Of a stretch of DNA of 64,000 nucleotides, positions 56,915 to 64,000 are shown one piece after another. Source of the DNA: an uncultured Gemmatimonadales bacterium (GTDB lineage: Bacteria; Gemmatimonadota; Gemmatimonadetes; Longimicrobiales; Longimicrobiaceae); contig OY970303.1 of assembly GCA_963716255.1 (NCBI GenBank), positions 4,224,001 through 4,288,000 of the forward strand, given 5' to 3'. Every line of letters begins with the position of its first letter. Position 1 is the first letter of the stretch. The position numbers and the translations under genes were made by a program. The notes below the pieces were generated by a model, which did not search any database, was not told the origin of the DNA, and saw only the letters and a list, made by a program, of their open reading frames with translations.

Positions 56915-57049
56915 CGCGTGAGGGATTTCGGCCCGGAGGGGCGAGACCCGGCGGGGCTGTTTCCGCCGGGTCTCGACTCCGTTACGCACGGTTGTTTCGT
57001 GCGTTACGGAGCCGAAGCCCGACCCCGGCGCCAGCCGGGGGCACGCCCG
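56915..57049 (-). repeat. Family-1 structured repeat, copy 7
   Basis: Reverse complement; apical stem acgcacg/cgtgcgt; preceded by REP-like hairpin at 56838-56873. Confidence 0.9.
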
Positions 57050-57184
57050 ACCCCCGATCGTTTCACCTGAAACCCCGCCGCTCCCCCTTCCGTAGACACC
57101 CTCGCGCCCCGCCGCCAGGCCCGGGTGCCCGCCCGTACGTCCGTCCCGCCCCGACCGCCCGCACCCATGCAGGGAGCCCGTGCC

Positions 57185-58279
57185 ATGAAGCGACGCAGCA
57201 AGGTGATCCTGTCCACGCTCGCCGGAGCGGCCGTCGTCGCCAGCGCGCTCGCCGTGCGCGCCTTCGCCCGCGACGGGTCCGACGAGGAGGGGCCGCCCGC
57301 GGTGGAGGTCGTCCGCGGCGACCTGGTGGAGCGCGCGCTCGCCACCGGGACCATCGAGCCCGAGGTGGAGGTGGGCGTCAAGTCCAAGGTGTCGGGGGTG
57401 GTCCGCGCCATCTTCGTGGAGGAGGGGAGCTTCGTGCGGGCGGGGCAGCCGCTCATGGAGATCCGCCCCGATCCCACGCCGGTGGAGCTGGTGGAGGCGC
57501 GCCGGCAGGTGGAGCTCAACGGCATCGAGGCCGCCAACGCGCGCCGCGACCTGGAGCGCGCCGACGCCCTGGTGAGCCGCGGCCTCGCCCCGGCCCAGGA
57601 CCTGGACTCGGCCCGCAAGCGCAGCGACGAGGCCGCGCTGCGCGTGCGCATGGCGCGGGAGAAGCTGCAGCTGCTGGAGCGCGGCAGCACCGGCGGCCCG
57701 GGTGGGAGCGAGTCGGTGGTGCGCGCCCCGGTGGACGGCTACGTGCTGGAGCGGCTGGTGGAGACCGGCAACCCCGTGGTCCCCCTCAGCACCTACCAGG
57801 AGGGGACGGTGCTGATGACCATGGCGAACATGGACCGGCTCATCTTCCGCGGCGCCGTGGACGAGATCGACGTGGGCAAGCTGCGCGAGGGGATGCCGGT
57901 GGAGATCAAGATCGGCGCCCTCCCCGCCGCCCGCGTGCGCGGCGTGGTGCGTCGCATCTCCCTCAAGGCCAGGAAGGAGGAGAGCGCCACCACCTTCCCG
58001 GTGGAGATCGCGCTGGAGGAGACCTCCGGGGCCACCCTGCGCGCCGGCCTTTCCGCCAACGCCGAGATCGTGATCCGCGAGCGCAGGCAGGTGCTCACCA
58101 TCCCGGAGCGCGTGGTCACCTTCGCCGGCGACACCGCCTGGGTGAGCGTGCAGACCGCCGCCGGCCCGCAGAAGCGCGTGATCCGCACCGGGCTGAGCGA
58201 CGCCCTGCGGGTGGAGGTGGTGTCCGGCCTGCGGCAGGGGGAAAAGGTCCTGGAAAAGCCCACCCGGACCATCGAGTAG
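57185..58279 (+). CDS. Efflux periplasmic adaptor (MacA-like)
   Basis: ATGTIEP..V.VKSKVSG, APVDG, VDEIDVG, G.SANAEI, GLSD..VEV.SGL. Confidence 0.9.
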   Translation: MKRRSKVILSTLAGAAVVASALAVRAFARDGSDEEGPPAVEVVRGDLVERALATGTIEPEVEVGVKSKVSGVVRAIFVEEGSFVRAGQPLMEIRPDPTPVELVEARRQVELNGIEAANARRDLERADALVSRGLAPAQDLDSARKRSDEAALRVRMAREKLQLLERGSTGGPGGSESVVRAPVDGYVLERLVETGNPVVPLSTYQEGTVLMTMANMDRLIFRGAVDEIDVGKLREGMPVEIKIGALPAARVRGVVRRISLKARKEESATTFPVEIALEETSGATLRAGLSANAEIVIRERRQVLTIPERVVTFAGDTAWVSVQTAAGPQKRVIRTGLSDALRVEVVSGLRQGEKVLEKPTRTIE

Positions 58280-58283
58280 CGCA

Positions 58284-59525
58284 ATGACGCGCCTCCTGGG
58301 CACCCTGGGGCAGTTCGCCGACACCCTGCGGCACCAGCGCCTGCGCACCGCCATGACCATCCTGGGGATCACCTGGGGGACGGTCGCGGTGGTGGTCCTC
58401 CTGGCCTTCGGGACCGGGCTGGAGAAGCAGATGCGCAGGAACGCAAAGGGGATCGGCGAGGGGATCGTGATCGTGGGCGGCGGCACCACCACCAAGGGCT
58501 TCCGCGGCTTCCCGGAGGGCCGCGGGGTGAGGCTCCTCCCCGCCGACGTGGAGCTGCTGCGGCGCGAGGTCCCCGAGATCGCCGTGGCCACCCCCGAGCA
58601 CGGCCGCTGGGAGGTGCCCGTCCGCAACGGCGCGCTGGTGGCGAGCCCCTACGTCAGCGGCGTGGAACCGGAGTACGGCGACCTGCGCAACGTGTTCGCG
58701 GCGCGGGGCGGCCGCTGGATCAACCCGCTGGACATCGCCGGGCGCCGCCGCGTGGCCGTGCTGGGCAACGAGCTGGCGAAGCTGCTCTTCGGCGAGGCGG
58801 ACGCGGTGGGGCGGCAGGTGAGGGTGGGAGACGCGCCGTTCACGGTGGTGGGGGTGATGCAGCCCAAGACGCAGAACTCTTCGTACCAGCAGCGCGACCA
58901 GGACCGCATCTTCATCCCGGCCACCACCTACCGCTCCGTGTTCGGCGAGCGCTACCTGGAGCGCATCCTGTACACCGTGCGCGACCCCGAGCAGTCCGAG
59001 GCGGCGAGCCGGCGGGTGTACGAGGTGCTGGGCAGGCGCTACACCTTCGACCCCACCGACGAGGACGCGCTCAGCGTCTGGGACACGGGCGAAGGCCTCA
59101 AGTTCTTCAAATATCTTTTCCTGGGATTCAACCTGTTCCTGGGCGTGGTGGGGAGCTTCACGCTGGTGGTGGGCGGCATCGGCGTCGCCAACATCATGTA
59201 CATCGTGGTCCGCGAGCGCACCCGCGAGATCGGCGTCCGGCGCGCCCTGGGCGCCCGCCGCAGGGACGTGCTCACGCAGATCCTGCTGGAGACCTTTCTG
59301 ATCGTGGCGGTGGGCGCCGTCCTGGGGATGCTCGTGTCCCTGGGGCTGGTCAGGGCCGCGGGCATGCTCCCCATGCAGGAGCAGGTGGGCACCCCCGTCA
59401 TCTCCCCCCTGGTGATGGCCGCCACGGTGGTGCTGCTCGGCCTGGTGGCGCTGCTCGCCGGGATCTTTCCCGCCCGCAAGGCCGCTGGCCTGGACCCTGT
59501 GGAAGCCCTGCGCTACGGCGCCTGA
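58284..59525 (+). CDS. ABC transporter permease (MacB/FtsX family)
   Basis: LRTAMTILGITWG, GGIGVANIM...RERTREIGVRRALGA, PARKAAGLDPVEALRY. Confidence 0.92.
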   Translation: MTRLLGTLGQFADTLRHQRLRTAMTILGITWGTVAVVVLLAFGTGLEKQMRRNAKGIGEGIVIVGGGTTTKGFRGFPEGRGVRLLPADVELLRREVPEIAVATPEHGRWEVPVRNGALVASPYVSGVEPEYGDLRNVFAARGGRWINPLDIAGRRRVAVLGNELAKLLFGEADAVGRQVRVGDAPFTVVGVMQPKTQNSSYQQRDQDRIFIPATTYRSVFGERYLERILYTVRDPEQSEAASRRVYEVLGRRYTFDPTDEDALSVWDTGEGLKFFKYLFLGFNLFLGVVGSFTLVVGGIGVANIMYIVVRERTREIGVRRALGARRRDVLTQILLETFLIVAVGAVLGMLVSLGLVRAAGMLPMQEQVGTPVISPLVMAATVVLLGLVALLAGIFPARKAAGLDPVEALRYGA

Positions 59526-59610
59526 GCCCGCGGCCCATGCCGTCGCAGGCTGTTCCCCGTGGCGCCGCACGCTGCGCGTGCACCGGATGAACCCTGTTCC
59601 CCGCCGTCCC

Positions 59611-60858
59611 ATGTGGAAGATCCTGCTGGAGGAGTTCTGGGGCGACCTGCGGACGCAGAAGACCCGCGCCCTGCTCACCACCTTCGCCGTCACCTGGGGA
59701 ACCCTCTCGGTGGTGCTCCTGCTCAGCTTCGGCGAGGGGCTGAAGCGCGCGGTGGTGAAGGGGACGCTGGGGATGGGCGGCGACATGCTGATGCTGTACA
59801 GCGGCGAGACCAGCCTGCCGCACCAGGGGCTCCCGCGCGGGCGGCAGGTGCGGCTGCGCGAGGACGACCTGCCGCTCCTGCTGCGCTCGGTGGAGGAGCT
59901 GGAGACCGGGAGCGTGTCGTACGGGCGCTGGGGCGCGCGCCTGAAGACGGACGCGCTCTCCACCACCACCATGATGGAAGGGGTGGACCCGGCTTTCGAG
60001 GAGCTGCGCCACACCTACGCGGCGCCGGGAGGTCGCTTCCTCAACGCGCGCGACGTGGCGGAGAAGCGGCGCGTGGTGTTCCTGGGCGACTCCATCGCCC
60101 GGCGCCTCTTCCCCCGGGAAAGCGCCGTGGGGAGGACGCTGCTGCTGGACGGCGTGCCGTTCACGGTGGTGGGCGCGATGCAGAAGAAGATGCAGACCTC
60201 CATGAACAACGGGCCGGACGCGGACCGCGCCCTCATCCCCAGCTCCACCTTCCGTGCCATCTACGGCGACCGGTACGTCAGCCACCTCATCGTCCTGCCG
60301 CGCAGCCCGGAGCAGACCGAGCGGGCGCAGGCGAGGGTGCGCGAAGTGCTGGGCCGCAAGTACGGCTTCGACCCGGCGGACGAGCGCGCGGTGGCGGTGT
60401 GGGACTACAGCGAGGAGGTGCGGATGACCAGGCTGATCGGCGGCGGCATCCAGATCTTTTTGGGGGTGGTGGGTGGGCTGACGCTGCTGGTGGCGGGGGT
60501 GGGGGTGGCGAACGTGATGTACGTGGTGGTGCGCGAGCGCACCCGCGAGATCGGGGTCAAGCGGGCGCTGGGGGCGCGCCGGCGCCACATCATGGCGCAG
60601 TTCGTCTTCGAGGCTCTCACCATCGCGCTCGCCGGGGGGATGGTGGGGCTCCTCGTCGCGGTCGCGGTGGTGCTGGGGGTGGACGCCGTCCCCGACGGCG
60701 GCAACGAGGCGCTCCAGTTCCTCGCCAACCCCAAGCTGTCCTGGCCCATCGCCCTCACCACGGTGGGGATCCTGGCCGCCATCGGCCTGCTCGCCGGGCT
60801 CTTCCCCGCGCGCCGCGCCGCCGGTCTTGACCCGGTGGAGTCGCTGCGCTACGAGTAA
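59611..60858 (+). CDS. ABC transporter permease (MacB/FtsX family)
   Basis: GVGVANVM...RERTREIGVKRALGA, PARRAAGLDPVESLRYE; start uncertain. Confidence 0.92.
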   Translation: MWKILLEEFWGDLRTQKTRALLTTFAVTWGTLSVVLLLSFGEGLKRAVVKGTLGMGGDMLMLYSGETSLPHQGLPRGRQVRLREDDLPLLLRSVEELETGSVSYGRWGARLKTDALSTTTMMEGVDPAFEELRHTYAAPGGRFLNARDVAEKRRVVFLGDSIARRLFPRESAVGRTLLLDGVPFTVVGAMQKKMQTSMNNGPDADRALIPSSTFRAIYGDRYVSHLIVLPRSPEQTERAQARVREVLGRKYGFDPADERAVAVWDYSEEVRMTRLIGGGIQIFLGVVGGLTLLVAGVGVANVMYVVVRERTREIGVKRALGARRRHIMAQFVFEALTIALAGGMVGLLVAVAVVLGVDAVPDGGNEALQFLANPKLSWPIALTTVGILAAIGLLAGLFPARRAAGLDPVESLRYE

Positions 60859-60910
60859 GGTGCGCGGCGGCGCCCGCCCCGCGCCCTCCTTCCGCCGCGG
60901 CAACCTCCCC

Positions 60911-63062
60911 ATGCTCCGTCCCGCGCTGCTTCTCGCCCCGCTGCTCGTCCCCCTTTCCCTCGCCGCCCAGGCGGTGCACGGCTCCGTGGTGGTGGAGTCC
61001 GGCGGGGAGCCTGTCCCGAGCGCGCTGGTGCTCCTGCTGGACGCATCCGGCAGCACCCGGGCGGGGACGCTCACCGGCGCGGACGGCCGCTTCTCGCTCG
61101 CGGCCCCCGCCCCGGGGACCTATACGCTGCGCGTGGACCGGGTGGGGCACGAGAGCGCGGTGTCGCCGGCGCTCGCGCTGCGCGCGGGGGAAACGGCCGA
61201 GCAGCGCCTGGTCGCCCCGGCGCGCGCGGTCCAGCTGGATGGAATCTCGGTGCGGTCCTCCGGGCGGCGCTGCCAGCTCCGCCCGGGGTCCGGCGAGGCG
61301 GCGGCCACCCTGTGGACGGAGGCGCGCAAGGCGCTGAACGCCGCGGCGTGGGTGCGCGGCGCCCGCCAGACCCCCTACGAGGTGGTGCGCTTCGACCGGG
61401 AGCTGGACCCCGGCTCGCTCCGCGTGCTGCGCGAGGACCGCCGCGTGGCCACGGCGGCGGCCACCCACCCCTTCGCCAGCATCCCCGCCGACTCGCTTTC
61501 CCGCCGCGGCTTCGTGCAGAGCGGCGCCTCGGGGACCTTCTACTACGCCCCGGACGCGCTCGTGCTTCTTTCGGACACCTTCCTGGACGACCACTGCTTC
61601 CACGTCGCGGAGGGCGGCGGCGAGGGGCTGGTGGGGCTTGCCTTCCAGCCGGTGCGGGGGCGCGGCGTCCCCGAGGTGCGCGGGGTGTTCTGGCTGGACC
61701 GCGCGAGCGCGGAGCTGCGCTGGCTGGAGTACGAGTACGTGGGGCTCCCCGCCTCGCTGCCGGAGGGGAAGCTCGGCGGGCGGGTGGAGTTCGAGCGGCT
61801 CCCCAGCGGCGCCTGGTTCGTGAGCCGCTGGGCGCTCCGCATGCCCCGCCTGGCCCGCGAGTCCGGCCGCGTCCGGGAGGTGACCGGAAGGTCCGCGTGG
61901 GTGCCCGGCGGCCCGGAAAAGCTGGTGGGGATCCTGGAAACGGGCGGGGAGGTGAGGATCGGGGGCGCGCGGGAGCGCGCCCCGGCCCCCGCGCGGCTGG
62001 CGGTGGCGGGGAGCGTGTACGACAGCCTGCGCGCGGCGCCGCTCGCGGGCGCGTCGGTGTTCCTGTCGGGCACCGTGCACCGGGCCACGGCCGGGGCGGA
62101 CGGGCGCTTCCGCCTGGAGGACGTGCCGGAGGGGGAGTACCAGGTCTCCTTCTCGCACCCCTCGCTGGCCGCGCTGGGCGTCGCTCCCCCCGTGACGACG
62201 TTCGCCCTGCGCGCCGGCGAGGCGCCGGCGCTGGAGCTGGCCGTTCCCTCGGCGGCGACGCTGGCGGCGGCGGTCTGCCCGGGCGGAGGGGCGGCGGGCT
62301 CGGCGGCGCTGGTGGGCGCGGTCCGCGGCCCCGCGGGGGAGCCGGTGCCGGGCGCGCGGGTGGTGCTCTCGTGGGGGAGGAGCCGCGTGGAAACGGTCGC
62401 CGGCGCGGAGGGAGCCTACCGGGCCTGCGGGATCCCCGCCGCGGCCCGGGTGGCGGCCGAGGTGCGCTCCGACGGGCTCGCCCCCGTGCGCGCGGTGCTG
62501 GAGCCGGCCTCCGCCCCGCTGGCCGTGCGCGACCTGCGCGCGGGCGAGCCGGTGCGGCTGGGCGCCGACGGGCGCCCGGTCCCGCTGGGCGAGGTGCGCG
62601 TCGCGGGCCGCTCCCGCACGCCGCCGGCCGCGGCCGACCGGCTCCGCATCGGCCGGGAGGAGATCGCCGCGACGGGGGTGGGGAACGCGCACGAGGCCGT
62701 TCGAGCGGCTGCGCCCCGACTGGATGCGCACCCGCGGGCTCCAGTCGCTGTCGCTGGGGACCAAGGGGCGGGACGGGGTGGTCAGGACCGTGGAGGCGGG
62801 GGCCGGCGGGGCGCCGGTCACCCGGGAGTCTCCCGGGGCGAGCGCCGGGTCGGGAGATGCCGGCGCCCCGGTCGCGGCGGGGACGGGACAGTCGGAGATC
62901 GCCGTCTACGTGGACGGCAACCGCGCGGGAGGCGTCGACGAGCTCCGGCAGGTGCCGGCGTCGCTGGTCGTGTCCATCGAATACCTGGACGCCCCTTCCG
63001 CCTCCATCCGCTTCGGCACCGGCCACGCCCAGGGCGCGATCGTGGTCACCACGGGGCGCTAG
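60911..63062 (+). pseudogene. Carboxypeptidase-regulatory-like domain protein with C-terminal plug-like domain; +1 frameshift at ~62700
   Basis: Repeated G.V...G.PV.GA.V / T.ADGRF.L / PG.Y motifs; gcc gtt cga gcg vs expected gcc gtc gag cgg ctg cgc ccc gac tgg (AVERLRPDW) continuing into 62724-63062 frame. Confidence 0.75.
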
Positions 63063-63066
63063 CCGG

Positions 63067-64000
63067 ATGCCCACCCCGGCGAGGACGCGAGCCGCGGCGG
63101 CTTCCGGGTGGGCGGCGGGGATCCTCGCGCTCCTCGTGGCCGGGTGCGCGCGAGGCGACGCGCCGGACGGAGGCGCGTGGCTGGTGACGCACGGCGCCGA
63201 CACCGTGCTGGTGGAGCGCGCCGCGGGCGGCGACTCCGCGGCGGGGGAGATGCGCCTGGGCGAGCTGGCGCGGGTGCGCTGGTCGCTGCGCGAGGACGCC
63301 GGCGGCGCCCGGCTGGACGCGTGGCTTACGCCGGCCGGGGCCCCCGCGGGACCGGCTCCGCTCCGCCTGGCGACCGTGGTGGAGGGGACCGACGCCCGCA
63401 CGGAGATGCGCCGGGGCGGGGGGGTGCGGACCGCCCGGGCGCGCGTGGCCCCCGGGACGCTCCCGTACCTGGGCCCCTCGGTGGCGCTGCTGGAGCGCGC
63501 GCTGCGCGGCCCCGCCGGCCGCGGGGGGAGCGGGGTGCGACTCTTCCTCCTCCCCGCCGGCGCCGCGGTCCGGGTGCCCGTGGAGCGGCTGGGCGTCGAC
63601 TCCGTCCGGCTGGTGGTGGAGGGGAACGAGTGGCGGCTGGCGGTGGACGCCGAGCGGCGGGTGACCGGCGGCCGCAACGTCACACGCGGGTGGACGGTCC
63701 GCCGCGTCCCGCGGGTGCCGGACGCCGCGCTCGCCCCCGGGCCCCAGCGGCTCGCCCCGCCCCCCGGCGACCCGTACGGCCCGCCGCCCGGCGCGCCCTA
63801 CACCGCCCGGGAGGTGCGCGTGAGCGCCCCGGGCGGCCACACCCTGGCGGGGACGCTCACCCTTCCGCGCGGCCGCCGACCCGCCGCGGCGGTGCTCCTC
63901 CTTTCCGGCTCCAGCCCCCAGGACCGCGACGGCTCCGAGGACGGCTCGCCCTTCCACCCCTTCCGGGAGATCGCCGACACGCTGGGACGGCTGGGGATCG
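63067..64000 (+). CDS. Lipoprotein with alpha/beta-hydrolase domain (partial, runs off window)
   Basis: LVAGC lipobox; TLAGTLTLP...AVLLLSGSSPQDRDG...FREIADTLGRLGI; absent from ORF track because no stop. Confidence 0.75.
   Translation, partial: MPTPARTRAAAASGWAAGILALLVAGCARGDAPDGGAWLVTHGADTVLVERAAGGDSAAGEMRLGELARVRWSLREDAGGARLDAWLTPAGAPAGPAPLRLATVVEGTDARTEMRRGGGVRTARARVAPGTLPYLGPSVALLERALRGPAGRGGSGVRLFLLPAGAAVRVPVERLGVDSVRLVVEGNEWRLAVDAERRVTGGRNVTRGWTVRRVPRVPDAALAPGPQRLAPPPGDPYGPPPGAPYTAREVRVSAPGGHTLAGTLTLPRGRRPAAAVLLLSGSSPQDRDGSEDGSPFHPFREIADTLGRLGI

Overview
High-GC (visibly GC-rich) bacterial chromosomal window; gene content and codon style are consistent with a Gemmatimonadota/Longimicrobium-like organism (inference, not verified). 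Housekeeping content: a beta-oxidation cluster (SDR, FadJ-like, MBL hydrolase), a complete six-gene alternative complex III operon (actABCDEF), L,D-transpeptidase, TrmJ, aromatic amino-acid decarboxylase, PsuG, SbcD/SbcC, S9 peptidase, cell-envelope hydrolases, GSDH, and a MacAB-like exporter lacking its ATPase. Accessory content: two complete IS elements (IS4/IS50-type with 10-bp TSD; IS481-type with 4-bp TSD), and a low-GC island with FRG-domain + Beta-family + sce7726-family genes flanked by orphan antitoxins. The most striking unexplained signals are (1) two dispersed intergenic repeat families (7 + 4 copies) built from a shared hairpin module GAGCC-stem-A(A/T)ACNRC(C)-stem-GTCTC whose stems show compensatory sequence changes between copies and which host both IS insertions, and (2) small lipoprotein-like Gly-rich peptide genes, one with a duplicated NGSTFGTG core kept identical despite synonymous divergence, and one tail-to-tail with a TPR protein, suggesting an undescribed peptide signalling/RiPP-like system.
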